Shown: positions 49,931-63,714, counted from the whole stretch's first letter. The stretch: 63,806 bases of DNA, filler included, from Rhabdomonas costata (GCA_019059605.1; 54 parts of 54 records of this genome joined end to end with filler, not necessarily neighbours in it); one strand, 5' to 3'. Made by a program: numbers and translations. Notes: a model not told the origin generated them from the letters alone.

Positions 49931-52814
49931 GTACCTCTGCACGGGGGACATTTGTATTTTTCCGGGTGTAGAATATCGCTGTGGGCATTTTTGCTTGGAT
50001 ATCTGCGGAATCTAAGAAAGTTTATAAGGTGGTAAGTAACACCCGGAAAATGGTTTGGGACGTTTCCATTCGATGTGTTTTTAGCCCCAACACAGCGACC
50101 TGAGAACTTTGCGGCAGCTCCGCCACAATAAAAGGGGTGAATCGGGGGTGGAGTAGCAGAAGAGATAATGAAAGGTCATGCCATGTAAAAGTTGGGAAAA
50201 GCCGCCAATAGGGCCATCCGCCGCCATGGACAATCCTGCATGGACCAAAGCTTCGTCATTTTTAGTTGTCATGGTTGTCGGTTGGGAGGGCGTTTTTTTT
50301 AAAACATACTTCAGCTGAAACCTGGTGCAGCAAACGAACAAAGCCGCAAAAGATTAGCAGACCACTCATCTTTTTGTATTTTGCAGAAAGGTGTTGGTGA
50401 GGCTCACAATATAAGAAACTCAGAAAGTAAAAGAAATGCAAAAATTCTCGTTCTGGTCTCCGGTGAGGTTAGTATGATAATCGGGGTCGAAAGCGAAGGA
50501 TCGAAGATTTTCATTTTGTGCTGTTGTGGTTGTCAAAAAAATTGTGATCTCGTTCACACCTTACGTGCAATTTCAGACATTTGCAATGTGTTGTGGCTTT
50601 TTTATACCAAATTGACCGAATTCTGTAGTTGTACCCGACAGTCAGGCGTTGAAAGACTTCGAGTCGTTAAATTTTGTTTGGTGAACGGGCAAAAGACGGT
50701 ACATCGACCCGTAAACGTAAACATGTGTCTTACACCTGTGCGCCAGACTGTCGGGTACAACTACAGAATTCGGTCAATTTGGTATAAAACACNNNNNNNN
50801 NNNNNNNNNNNNNNNNNNNNNNNNNNNNNNNNNNNNTTAATTAATTAANNNNNNNNNNNNNNNNNNNNNNNNNNNNNNNNNNNNNNNNNNNNGTTGGTTG
50901 TGAAGTTAATGAACATAAAAAGGCTGATTTCCCCGTTTGTCCCCTTCAGGTGAATAGCATTCGGAGCCGTCCACAGCCCCAACCGGCACAAGCTGTTCCT
51001 GAACGCGTGATTCGCCCTGCTCCTTCGGCTGTTTCGGCGCCGCCCGCCCGTGTTCCGCCACCAGCGCCGCGTACAACCGCTGCAGGTGTTGAGAGTTCTG
51101 CAGAAAACTTTACCTTCATGCCCTTTCAGCTGATGTCGGTACCTTCGAAGACGAGGGCAAGTCCTGGCAGCCAAATTGTTTTGTAATGCGGATGTTTATT
51201 GCATCCTGCTTTTTCGTTCAGTGAATGAGAAACCGGATTCCGGTTCCCGACTGTCTCTCGACGTGTTTTGTACTCGGCGATGGCTGGCTCTCACAGTTGC
51301 ACCTTCTCTTGGAATTTTGCCGTTGCGGAGTTTGGGCCAGTATGCATAGAAACTTTTTAAACCTTTCGCTTCTGATCAAAGGGAGCCGCTGAGGTATGCC
51401 TCATTTCGCTGTTATCTGCCATCATTGATGCTGGATTCACTGTGTTGTTGGCTTTAATCTGCCATCACTCGCTGCAACCAAGCAGCAAATCAGCAGAGAC
51501 TGTGACATCTTGGGGTTGGGACGGAGCTGCCCCCTTGCCCTCCTCGCCTTACCGGTAAACGTCTTTTGCGGTATTGTTTTCCTTAAGCCCTCCTTCTGCA
51601 CCTCCTCCGCCCGTGCCCGTGCGTCTTAAACTTCCGAGCAATCGGAGTCGCGCTTTCACCTCGCACCTTCCAAGATTTCCGAAATGGTGTTTTTGTCCAC
51701 GCCCCTGTCCTTTTTCAGTGATCGGTTCAGTAACCATTTCGTCTGCTGCAAAAAGAAAAGTGGACTTTCACCCCAGGGGGCGGTGACCCTGGACCGTAAT
51801 CTTATTTTTGCAACCATTCGGGCCTGCTGTCATGCTGCGTTCCGTAGGATACTGGCGCTCCAGGACATCGTCTGCCACCAAGTCCACGCTTCATTTGCTT
51901 GCCTGATTATTTCTCCAAACTTTGCAACATTTTGACTGCTCATTCTTTTATCATGAAATTATATAACAACCCAACNNNNNNNNNNNNNNNNNNNNNNNNN
52001 NNNNNNNNNNNNNNNNNNNTTAATTAATTAANNNNNNNNNNNNNNNNNNNNNNNNNNNNNNNNNNNNNNNNNNNNGTGGTGGGTGTGTTTGGTGGGTGTG
52101 TTACTGTACTCGAGCCCTGCGGCCTGGAGTCTCTGTCACAGCTGGCGGTCTGTGTGCTGCTCGTGGTACCCTTGGGGGCAGTGGGTCTTGTTGCTTAGGG
52201 GTCACGTGGTCACGTGGTCTCGTGTGCTTTGGCTCTGCGGATAGAATTGTGGGCCGCTTCAGTTCCAAGAGGTCGCTAATTCTCTCGTCTATGAAAAATT
52301 GGTGTTAAATGTCACTCGTCGTACTACCTTTGAATTGGATGGATGCAGAAGAATTGGGTGTGGTTGGGTGACTGGGTTTCGCTTCATTCCGAATCCCGAG
52401 GCTGCTGTGCTCCCCAATCATTCCACCCACTTGATTCTTTCATTCTTTCGTGGCCACGGACTTTTGCTGCCCTCCCTCCCTCCCCATGGATGCAAACTTG
52501 GCGCTTCCCCCTAGTGCCGAACCCTAGAAAGCCTTTTTTGTGTAGTGATTCCGCTTCACTTTGGAGCAAACAGAAGTTTTTGTAGGGAACTGTTTTTTCG
52601 GTTGGGCTTGCATTTTCTTCAATCGGGTAGATTCACCTCCCTTTTTGCTTCAGCGATGTGATTTTACCCCTTTTAAATCTCAAAGGACAAAAGCCACCAC
52701 AATTGCCAACAGCGGCCATTCTGTTTCAGACACTCCAGATGTAGCAGGGATGGGACCTGGTCCCTGATTACGTGTTTCAGGCCTGTGACTTGACTACCTT
52801 GCCCTGTGGCGCAG

Positions 52815-53035
52815 GTCCCGTCCGGAGGGGTGCTCAGCCTGAGGCTGGCCTGCTCGGCCGGGGGAGGCCCCATGGTACTCTCCCGGGCCCCCGCCGGGAG
52901 CTCTGTGCTCACGCTTGGCCAAGGCAGTTCCGTGGTGGTGTCCGAGGTGGTGGGGGCGGCGGTCAGCCCCCCGTTCGCGGACACTTGCCTGTTCCAGGGC
53001 GGAAATACACTGACCTTTGACAGCGCAGTCTCCAG
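52815..53035 (+). CDS. Hypothetical Gly/Ser/Val-rich (extracellular-like) exon
   Basis: GCAG acceptor and GTAAGA donor flanking an open GC-rich frame. Confidence 0.5.
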
Positions 53036-53570
53036 GTAAGAGGGGAAAATAGGAAGTCTAGAACAGGTCGGGTACCAAGGGAACATCCCATCGTCGGATC
53101 CGGATATGAAGCCTCGACAGGCGCAAACACTTTGGCATGGTGAGTTGTTGAGGACGACTNNNNNNNNNNNNNNNNNNNNNNNNNNNNNNNNNNNNNNNNN
53201 NNNTTAATTAATTAANNNNNNNNNNNNNNNNNNNNNNNNNNNNNNNNNNNNNNNNNNNNGCCTACGGAGGGAGGTTTCTACGCCACTCGATCTCAAACAG
53301 AGAAAACATAGCAATTCTGCAAAGAGGTGACGCTCCCCAACCCCCGGAAGTCAATACACCTTGCGTCGCTCTCTAACCCCCTCCCAAAAATTAATCCTAT
53401 TCTTGGGCCTGTTTAGTAAAGGGCTGCCAATTATTTATCCCCCCAATATTATTTTAAACCCCCGCCCCTCTCTCTCTATATTTGAAACCCGCAAACGAAG
53501 CAGTGAAAGGAAACTCCTTTCTTCTGTTCTGCTTTGATTTCAGGATTTGTCCCAACACTTCCTTCTTCAG

Positions 53571-53966
53571 ATTTTGGCTTGGACCTCATCCGACGGCACC
53601 ACCGTCGTGTGGGACCTGAAGTCGAAGCGGCAAGCAATGTCGTTTCAAGACAGCCAGGCTCGCCTGCGATGCTCATCGCTGGCATGGAGCCCGGACAAGG
53701 TTCAGACTGTTTTCTTTTTCAACCCCAAACAAACCAGCGGATTCGAGCTTGGACTCTTCTCTGGTGTTTTTGGTGGCGAATTTCCAAATTGCCGATTTGC
53801 CTGTCTGCCTGCCTTCTGCAAATAGAATAGCAATCACTTGTCGGAAAATTTCGCAACCATATTTTCTCTTCCCGCGCAGGCGACAGACATTTGCGTGGCT
53901 AGCGACGACGATGCGAACCCCTGCATTCAGTTCTGGGATCTGAGGAAGGCCTATTCTCCTGTCAGA
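53571..53966 (+). CDS. SEC31: Sec31 (COPII coat) WD40 region; exons 53571-53699 and 53880-53966
   Basis: ILAWTSSDGTTVVWDLK...RCSSLAWSPDK|ATDICVASDDDANPCIQFWDLRKAYSPVR matches Sec31 AWHPDxATQxxxASxDDxxPVIQxWDLR. Confidence 0.88.
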
Positions 53967-54567
53967 GTACGTCACAAAACTTGTCTCCTGTGTGCTCTTC
54001 GCTGCGAGCGCGCACCCATCCCAACTCCACCACAGTCTTCCACCACCACCACCTAGTTCAATCGGTGACTTCTTTGTCAGAAACAAGGATTTTTTCCATT
54101 CAGCACTGTTAGTACCGCCCTAAACGTTTGCAAGCCTCAGGGCACCAATTGGGCCAACCAGCAAGCCTCCACCTCAAGTTCCACATCTTGCTTCTGGTGC
54201 TCCCGCTGGCGCGAGGCTGGACCGCTGCTTGTAGTGTTGTAGTGGGGCTGCCATTGGATATTCGTTGGCAAAGCTCTAAGTGGTTGGAGCGTTTTCCTGC
54301 GAAACCCCGAATGCAAACACGACGTTGCATATCCCCAAACAANNNNNNNNNNNNNNNNNNNNNNNNNNNNNNNNNNNNNNNNNNNNTTAATTAATTAANN
54401 NNNNNNNNNNNNNNNNNNNNNNNNNNNNNNNNNNNNNNNNNNCCATCCTTGAGCACGGCGTTCCTCCCAACCCAGTCGGAGAATACTTCAACTCAGCCCG
54501 ACAAAACCGCATGCTTTGGCTTATTTAAGCTGCAATGGTGGCACCAGATGCAGCACCGCAGCACCTA

Positions 54568-54920
54568 CCTGCATGCACGGCGGGCAAAACACCCACAGGC
54601 ACCCCTGGCCTGCCCACCCCGCTGGGGGCCCACGCCCGCGGCTCGGCGCGCGCACTGGGAATAGCTTTACTTTCGGGACTGCCCTTTACTGCAGCGGAAA
54701 GTGATGCACCAGCAGGCGCTGGGTCAGCGACTGCGGCAGCGGCCGAGGCGTCGTCGAGGTCGCCAGCGCTGTGAGAGTGGTGAGGGTGAGTGTAGCGCCT
54801 CAGTGAGAGGGCCACCAGGCCCAGGCCTGCTGTGATGACGATACACAACAGCAGCACCAGCAGCACCCGCGGGGGGGAGGGGGCTTGGCGCAGCGCAGGG
54901 GAGCCCCGACGGACCGCCAT
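54568..54920 (-). CDS. Type II membrane protein N-terminus, two exons
   Basis: ATG at 54920, TM segment VLLVLLLCIVITAGLGLVAL, and a GT-AG intron after 54710. Confidence 0.5.
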
Positions 54921-57620
54921 TGGTCCGAGAAGAGGGAGAGCCAACCCACGCCGGTGCAACTGTCACGGCCCACTCAGTTGCCCATTCGCCTCGGAAGAGA
55001 AAATCCAAACAGCAACTGGAAAAAGCAGAAGTGCCAATGAAACCACCCCTTTCAGCACGCGATGTTCAGGAGAAGCAACAGACAGGCAGCGCGGGTTCAA
55101 ATAGATTGGGTAAATTAGGATCCCTGTATGCAGTGACATTCATCCATCGCGCAGCGTCGTGGGGATGAAAGGGAAAGGTGAGGTTGCAGGAGTTATTTTC
55201 TGTTCTTGATTATCGAAGGCACCTAACGATGTCCGATAGCAGAATCCCCCCTACCTCGAACACACATTATTTACCAAGGGCTCGGGGTACAGGACGTGAC
55301 ACCCCCCTTATACACGGTACATCTGCACATGTGGCACATCAGATATCGAACGCTATACACTCCACAGGAAAGCAGGTCTCAACCCCCTGTCTGAGACCCC
55401 TCTTGCTGAACATGAGTTTGTTGCCCTAAGGAGCTGCCAATCAACTTTTCAGGCCTACCGACTTGGGATCTCGGCGGGCCTCAGCAGAACCACCACCGCA
55501 GTGTGGCCCTTGCGGCGGGCCCAACNNNNNNNNNNNNNNNNNNNNNNNNNNNNNNNNNNNNNNNNNNNNTTAATTAATTAANNNNNNNNNNNNNNNNNNN
55601 NNNNNNNNNNNNNNNNNNNNNNNNNTCATATGCTTGGAGGTCTGAAGAACCTAAACAATGAAGAGCTGGAACAGAATGATGACAGTGACACCAAATGCGA
55701 AAATAAAACCCAGCAAATTTCGAAGGCGTGTCCCCCCTCTTTCAGGAATGTTTGTCCTCCCTCCATTTAGGTACCTGTTTTAGCACCTGGGATCTTGGGC
55801 CGCAGCCCAAGACATCCTGGACGTTAGAATGGAGGGAGAGGGACGACTACCATCCCCAAGGTCAATCGTTTCACCAAACAACCACCCAAACCGCGCCCCC
55901 CTACACCGACCCTCAACCGGGATTTCCCGAACGCGGTTGGACCTTGAGACGCATCTTTAGCAATCTTTCACGTTCGGGTTAGCTTGGAAAGAAAAAAGCC
56001 TAGACAACCCTGGTTCGTTCCAGGCTACTGGGGGGGGGGTGAATGGAAGGGAGTGGAGGGAACAGCAGACGACAACTCTCACTAAGGCGAGGGTCATAAC
56101 TACGTCAGTGCTGGCCCCCGTAGGCCGCGTTACCACCTCAGCCGCCAACCCCTAAACTAATGTTGCATCACTCTTTCACCAAATTCCAGGCCAGTCCTTC
56201 GATGACAGTACTCTTGGAGTGCTGACCTCACCCCAAACCCCTAAAAATAAAAGATACCTCATCTGGTGTGCAATGACACCCTAAACAAAAGTCACATTAC
56301 TCTTCCGATATAAATTGTCTCACGAGTGCTGACACAGTTTACCTGCCCCAATTCTGCCGAGCATAGCATTTTTACAGCTTTCTGTTCTGTAACAATCGTA
56401 ATCCCCAAGTGCCCACCAGGTCGTCACAGCCCAAGGGGATTCCCCGAATGGATGGCGCTGCGTTTGAATCTGAGGGCAGTGAATTTCACTTCAAGCGAGC
56501 ATTCAAAATGGACCGAGTGCCGCAGATCATCCGAAGAGCCATCTCCTTTTTGAAGAACTCTCTGAACAACTCTCGTTCCTGCTAAAAGCAACAACAACCG
56601 CATCTAGAGAGGGAACTCAGATCTCAAAAACCTCCCAACAGTAGGCGAAGCTGCTGCCCCGCGGTGGCAATCACGCTGTCCGAGTTTTGCCACACCACCA
56701 CCCACCCCNNNNNNNNNNNNNNNNNNNNNNNNNNNNNNNNNNNNNNNNNNNNTTAATTAATTAANNNNNNNNNNNNNNNNNNNNNNNNNNNNNNNNNNNN
56801 NNNNNNNNGGTGGTTTTGGAAGAACACCACATGGCCCCATCTGCGGGGGAATGGTATGCGTGTGCATCGTATAAGTCTTTTGAAAGCTTTGTGGGTGTTT
56901 TGTATGTGTATGTCACTTGGGATGTCAGAATGTCGAATGGAAAAGGCACTCAATCGCCCAAACCTCGTAAAAATGCACAGCACACCAACTGAAAGGCAAC
57001 AATGATATCTCAATAACAAGCCAACCTGCACAGAAGAAAAAGGGGTTGTGCGCAGCAGTCAGCAAAGGATGTAAAAAGAAAGGAGATTATAGATGGTGAC
57101 AGACAGAAACAGATCATCGACAAAGGCGCGCACAACTGAGCGAAGTAACTTTGTGTCATATAGGGCAAAGTGAAAAAATTTCCCCCAAGTCCCACGTGAA
57201 GGCGAAACAGGAGTCCCCTGGGACTCCAACAGATGATTTTGCAGGGGTTAGGTGGCGATGCAGGTGTCCCCTGGATCTCCTATATGCTGCATTTTCTGTG
57301 ATGTGTTGGAGCCTTTTTCCTCAGTGGTTGGGGGAAATTTTTTCACATACCCATATAGTCTTACTCACTGCACCGTCCCCGCCATTGGCAGCTTCACAGC
57401 ATCAGCACGGCACTGTCTCACGCACACGCACACGCACACGTGCACACACCGGGGTATAGAACACGACTTCCCCAGGACGGTCTGTGCCATCTTATTTCCC
57501 GGGGACCTTCCACTTCACGGAAGACGGCTCTGGGTGGGGACAGTACCTTTTCGCTGTATTAATTCGGGTTGCCAGAGACAGACAAGCATTCCATTCCATT
57601 CCATTCCGTTTCCCACACAG

Positions 57621-57806
57621 GTGTGTGGGTCAGCTGCGCAGGCATTTCCGTGGCTCCGTGGTGCCCCTGTTTTGGAGCTACTGCGAGCCTCTGGCAGAAG
57701 CCCGCAGGGCCAACCTCGCCGCTGCTTCTGTGGTTCCTCCGCAGCACCGCAACACCTTTTACCTCGCCCTGCAGTTCCTGCACCAGCACCTCTCGGCCTA
57801 CCGAAG
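57621..57806 (+). CDS. Exon, possibly APC2 (anaphase-promoting complex subunit 2) N-terminal region
   Basis: QLRRHFRGSVVPLFWSY...FYLALQFLHQHLSAY loosely resembles ANAPC2 LQNDLQANISPEFW...AFGLLESRLDPY. Clear AG/GT boundaries. Confidence 0.35.
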
Positions 57807-58309
57807 GTAGCTGCTAAGCTGCGACCTCACTACCATCACTGTACTGAGTTCAACGGTTTGCTTTGATTCCGTAGAATTCCACCACCAAACCNNNNNNNNN
57901 NNNNNNNNNNNNNNNNNNNNNNNNNNNNNNNNNNNTTAATTAATTAANNNNNNNNNNNNNNNNNNNNNNNNNNNNNNNNNNNNNNNNNNNNCTGTTTCCT
58001 ACTGCGTTTTCCTTTTCCCCGTTTTTGCCTGTTTCGGTTTCTCCGTTGGGGCGCACCCCCTTTGCGGCGGTGCTCCCCAAGAAGACGCGTGCCTTCCATC
58101 CTCCTTTCCCTGTAAAGCATTCCCTTTCCTCTCCGCCCCCACCCCCCCATCACCCCTTTTCGTTGTGCCTGCTGAGAGGTTTTCTCGCCCAGCATACCCT
58201 CCTTCCCGAACTCGTTCAACCTTTCAGGGCTTCACCCCTTTCCCGGAGTGATTTCCCCGCTCGACCGTAGTCTGTTGAAAGGAAGGACGGGACCACAGGT
58301 GAGAAGGGA

Positions 58310-58548
58310 ATGAGCTCTGGCGGTGGTGGTGGCGGCGGCGGCAGTGAAAACGGGGATGGCGTGGGTCTCAGTGAGGCGCAGCGGCTGAAGCAGGAGGGCA
58401 ACACTGCGCACCACTCTGGGGATTACCGCCACGCTGTGGGATGCTTCAGCCGGGCCTTGGAGCTGCATAGCTCGGCGGGCCCCACGGAGAAGCGCGCGGA
58501 GAGGGCCATCCTACTCTCTAACCGCTCCGCATCGTACTGCCTGCTGGG
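58310..58548 (+). CDS. TPR-domain protein, first coding exon
   Basis: AQRLKQEGNTAHHSGDYRHAVGCFSRALEL...ILLSNRSASY is a co-chaperone-type TPR. A long pyrimidine tract precedes it (57992-58260). Confidence 0.85.
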
Positions 58549-59389
58549 GTGTGTGTGCGTGACCGCAACGGCTCTTTGCGTTCTAATTTGTTGAATGCAG
58601 GTTTGCATTCAAGACCGCGCGCAAATGAAAACCAGGGAAGCGCAGGGGGGGCCTTCACCAGCAAAACCCTGCGCACGATAATAACAAGGAAGAGCATCAT
58701 ACGAAAGTCGATTTGTCTGTCCCCGCAGTCCACAATCAAGAACGAGACAGAGTCAGATCACCCAATTACTCAAACGCGTTGTACTTGTACATATGACACT
58801 GGTTGAAACCTTTCTGGGGCCCACGGTTCATGATAGTTTCGCAAAATGTGGGTTGTCGATGTCCAAAACAATTATTATTTTTTTATTCTTATTATTATTA
58901 TTATTATTCCATGTGCTGCTTGCCGGTCAATACACACACACGGGAGAGTAACAGCGGACCCATCAATGGGGGTGCCGCGAGCCCGGGGGCTCCCATCAGG
59001 GATGTCGGCGTGAAAGCCGTGCGGGTCAGCACGCCCCTGATGAGGGGTAGTGTCACAGTCCGACCCCCCCCCCCNNNNNNNNNNNNNNNNNNNNNNNNNN
59101 NNNNNNNNNNNNNNNNNNTTAATTAATTAANNNNNNNNNNNNNNNNNNNNNNNNNNNNNNNNNNNNNNNNNNNNGTGTGTGGGTTACGGAACACGCAAAA
59201 TGGTATGAAAGACATGCTCCTTCACTCTACAGCGCACGTCTTTCATACCATTTTGCGTGTTCCGTAACCCACGCTCCCTCCATCCATCTCTCCCACATGT
59301 CTTATGAGCCTAATCTGCAGCGAAGGCGGACGGAGGAGGCACATCCAATCAGGTGCAGCACCTGAGCGAGAGCGTTCAATCGCTCAGCA

Positions 59390-60257
59390 TTGCCTCGACG
59401 CAGCACCACACACCGTGACCTATCACACCATGTCACGGCCAAAGCTCTGACAGACCTAGCAAGTGACCCCCGGACGCCACCGCTCACTTCTCCATCCTTG
59501 CTCGCCATCGCGATTCTCTTTCCCATCTCCATAGATGAAGACCATGTAGCTGCAGCTCAACAGTCATACGAGCACTCCATGAAGGTGCTTCAAGCCCCTC
59601 CATCGGAGCCTGGACCCTCTCCAGGTTTACATCGCTCCAGATCTCAGAACCTTTTCGTTAACGTTGGTGGTAACCAGTTGTACGTCACCAACCGTGGCAA
59701 AACACTATGATAATGCACAGACTCCGCCTCGTACATGCCTCGTCTGTGGTGCCTACCATTGGAGATGTCAGTGCCACATCCAGCTTGCCAGGTTCCAGAC
59801 TGTTACACCGTGCAAAACTTCCCCACGTGATGTGGCCCAGCAGTGCCCACATCCAACTGAGACCCATGCACGACGCAACACTCAACGCCATCGCCTCTGA
59901 ATTGATCCAGAATGTCTCCTTTTTTCCCCGGCCCACCGCAGACACGGCGCTTGAACACCTCGCCAGTATCCACTCATTCATCTTCCCCCTGCGCATTTCT
60001 GAGCTCTGTCGCCTCATTCCTGCAGATATCTCTCTCGCTCACCTCCGTATACACCATGCAAAAGCACCACTACCCATGTGTGGCGACCACTCACCCTCTC
60101 CCTTCGCCCCTTGTCTCTCTTCACCAAGCACCTCTGTGGTGAAGCAATTCCGCTTTTCAACCACAGCATTTCCATGTGCCTTGACAGCTCCATAAAATGG
60201 GATAATACTATTCAGTTTACTTGGCTCTGGTTCCTCCAAAGAGGTGCCACCACAACC
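59390..60257 (+). mobile_element. Tyrosine-recombinase retroelement remnant (gag-like zinc knuckle followed directly by YR; VIPER/TATE-like order)
   Basis: CLVCGAYHWRCQC (Cx2Cx3Hx4C) at 59736-59774. Then SFIFPLRISELCRLIPADI...IHHAK (YR box I, ~59975-60063) and, after a frameshift, FTWLWFLQRGATT (decayed TWHxxRRGGAT box II, 60216-60254). Confidence 0.65.
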
Positions 60258-60466
60258 NNNNNNNNNNNNNNNNNNNNNNNNNNNNNNNNNNNNNNNNNNN
60301 NTTAATTAATTAANNNNNNNNNNNNNNNNNNNNNNNNNNNNNNNNNNNNNNNNNNNNGGTTGGTGGGAAGGAGATGAAGTCTAGTCAACGAGTCGATTCT
60401 ACGAGTGCACTCAACTACGCCAGCATTAGGTCCAGTGGAATGTGAGGGAGGGGGTACAGCCTCGAC

Positions 60467-61269
60467 CTGTGGAACAAACCCCATGATCCGACGGTACGCG
60501 GCGACATGCCGCGGCAAGCCGTTGATGGTGAGGATGCCCCCGTGACTCCAGCTGGGGTCCACCTGATGGCGACCAGCAAAATAAGCGTTCAGTTCAGTGT
60601 TCAACCCTCACCCGAAAGATTGAGGCGTCACTTGAGTTCTTGCCAATCTGTTTTTGCGTCTCAAGCTTTCCAGTCAATTCGCACCAGGATCATTTGGCAG
60701 GTCGACCCATCTTGAGGGGTGCCTAAACTTGATGCGTCCACGCAACCGTTGTCTGATGCTCGCTTCGCAGGGGTTGAGTATAGTAGTTGACTATGTGTGA
60801 CATTTTGAGACAGGATCTGAACTGGATCTGAGCATACTCATGGGTTTAACAAACGTGCAAACATGTGGAGGAGACCTTCTCCAGAAGCACGCTCAGCAAG
60901 GTCGTCTTTCCGGCCCCAGATGGCCCCATGATCGCCGTCACGGTGCCCGGGGCGATCCTCCCCGTGACCCCCTGCAGGAGCATCTTCGGGGGCTTCCCAG
61001 GGATAGCCAGGCTCAGGTCCTCGAACGCGAAGTCCAAGTGGCTGACATACCCAATGGAGTCGCGGAAGCCTGCGCACAGCAGCTGCACCCCGTGGCTGGG
61101 GATAGCCTTGGACAACGAGGTGGCAGGGTTCTCGGGGTCGCACGGCCCTATTGTGGAATATACAGCCTCGGGCTGCTCAGTGGGAGCCCACGAGAACACG
61201 GCGGCCCCTGTGGCGATGTACAGTGTGTACACGCGCTGGTTCAGCCACGGCCGAAGCCACCAGCGATAC
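60467..61269 (-). CDS. ABCG transporter nucleotide-binding domain; exons 61269-60876 and 60562-60467
   Basis: FAFEDLSL...LLQGVTGRIAPGTVTAIMGPSGAGKTTLL (Walker A) then GILTING...IMGFVPQ (Q-loop). GT-AG intron. Confidence 0.92.
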
Positions 61270-62799
61270 CTGTGGAGAGAGTCGCAAGAGACTGGGCGGC
61301 GAAAAAAAACAATGCAGTTTAAAGTTGACAGGCGACCCACCCCTTACAAACCAAATAGGGACCCGAAGGACAACACCCTGATGATGTAGCGCAGAAAAAA
61401 AGGGGCTGAAGACTATCCCAGTTGCACTGCAAAAAACTGCNNNNNNNNNNNNNNNNNNNNNNNNNNNNNNNNNNNNNNNNNNNNTTAATTAATTAANNNN
61501 NNNNNNNNNNNNNNNNNNNNNNNNNNNNNNNNNNNNNNNNTTTTGTGTGTGACAGCAAATCTCTGCGATGTTTAGGCGCCTTAGCACTGCGGCCGGACTA
61601 TTGAGGATGGGAACCATCTGCGCCATTTTCTCTTCGGCCCAGAAATGTTGCTCCTCAACTCAAATTTCCTGAATCTCTGGCAACCAGTGTTATACCCGCG
61701 ACCAGCGCCGGGGTAATCGCAACGTATCCCTGAATCCTGAAGGGTTTGAGGCCTTCCTTCCCATAGGCACCCCTAACTTTCTTCTCGGAAAGCCGTCGGC
61801 AATAGTTTCACTGGTAGGTTTCCAACCACTGCAGGTCTTTCTTGACACCCCCCCCCGCGCCCTTCCCGTGGTAACGAGGGCCCGTCACCACATGAACTAG
61901 GAAGCGGAGTGAGCGATGCTGCATTTCAACTGATTGAAAGTGAAGCGGGATTTGCCATTTGTCCTTCATTCCCTACTAATGAGTAACGTCTGCATATCAA
62001 CTGAGTTTTTTGGGCAACAAAAGTCTTTGTGAGCTAGCTGAGTGCTGATGTCTTTGCGACCAGGTACATATTTTGGAGAAGGAAAGTTTTATCGAATTCT
62101 AGACGACAGCGAAAACGCTTCCCGTACCTAAGATCTTAGGTAAGCCCACACCCCGTAGTGCGTACAACGCTCTCCACCCCGCCAGCAAATATTTTGCAAA
62201 TTTCTTAGCATTTTACCCAATGCCAGCGTTGGAAGACGCTGTGCGACTTACCGCACCCAGGAAATTTTCATGTCTTTCCTGTCATTGGGATGACGCAACC
62301 ATGAGGGTCGTACCTGCGTTCCGATTGCTTTCGCTTCCTTTCCTTTTCACCCCAGAAGAAGAAATAAAGCAGGACAGGAATTGCCATGTTGACCTCCGCG
62401 GGAACCTCAACTCAACGCCACCAGTAAGTAGTATTTGAAATTCACAGCGACAATATGGCTCTTATTTTAAATGGCATAACTCCAAATGACCGGCCAAAAG
62501 GAAGATCACGAAACACACCAAGAGTCATTGGAAGTAGCCATCACGGATGCAACACAGCAGGGAACATGGCTGTAAAAGAGCAGGAGAACACTCCCTAACC
62601 GTAGCTAAGTTGCGGAGTCCCCCNNNNNNNNNNNNNNNNNNNNNNNNNNNNNNNNNNNNNNNNNNNNTTAATTAATTAANNNNNNNNNNNNNNNNNNNNN
62701 NNNNNNNNNNNNNNNNNNNNNNNTGTGTATGCCAGAGCATTGTGCATCAATGGTGGACGGTGGATGGTGGATTCCTGTCTTGAGGGCGGGGGACTTCAG

Positions 62800-63714
62800 G
62801 CTGGGTGAGGTTCGTGGACATTGCCGGCTTCGCTCCGTCTCCGGTGGCGAGCTTCCCTACGCCCTCTCTTGCGAAGCTTCTGGCGCCGGTGTGGAATCCA
62901 GTGACCTCTCTGGCCGCGGTATTCAGCGGCAGCCTGCCGGGGCAGTGGAACCTTACCTTCTTCTCGGCCTTGGTTGACTTCACGGTTGTGGCCGCCGAAC
63001 TCCGCGTGTGCCAAGGTCGTATGCATGTGTGCGCGTGGCGAAGGTTCAGTGGGGTCTGTCGCTGATATATGGTTCCAGGGTTTGCATGCAAGAGATCGCT
63101 AAAGTGTCGCTCTCGGCAGATGAGATGCATTTCCTGTCTTGTAAGGTGGCTGCACTCCTGCCGCCACTCCCCACACACACACACACACTTTTTTTCTGGT
63201 TCTTTCCCCCGCTCCAACAAAAGGGCAATTGCCGTCAGGTGCACAACCTGCAAAGGACTTCCGGCGCAATTTAGGTTATTCGTTAACAAGTTAACGGGAA
63301 GCACCCCATAACATGGCACATACCGGCACATGAGCACGCACTCCCACGGCCGTTGGTGTCTAGCGGCATCTAGCGGCAATGCCGATCAGGAGTTGCAGCC
63401 AACTTTTGGTCACGCATACACTTCAATACGTTCATATACGTCAAGACGTCGGGTGTTTGTCTCTTCTTTCCTGCTCCTCTCTCCCTCTTTCTCTCAACAG
63501 AGCAGGGCGGTGTCGCCGGGGCCGCGGCAGTGGCGTTGGAGGGCACGGTGTATCACAGCGGAGGCTTCGTCTCGGGAGCCCACCAATACGCCAGGGACGC
63601 CGCTGTTCCCTCTGGCGGCGGGGTGAACATACCCCTGGGTGCCGTCAACCTGACTACGGGCGTGCTGACTGACGCTCTTCCGTATGGCGGGCCTCAACGG
63701 AAAGGCGGCAACGG
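62800..63714 (+). CDS. Hypothetical extracellular protein; exons 62800-63015 and 63501-63714
   Basis: Phase-compatible GT-AG intron. FSGSLPGQWNLTF is P-domain-like and AAVALEGTVYHSGG is kelch-like. Confidence 0.45.

Noticed and set aside
59179-59271. Inverted repeat upstream of the YR retroelement (possible element terminus)
   Set aside because: It sits at the contig start next to the primer tail and cannot be distinguished from a fold-back chimera.
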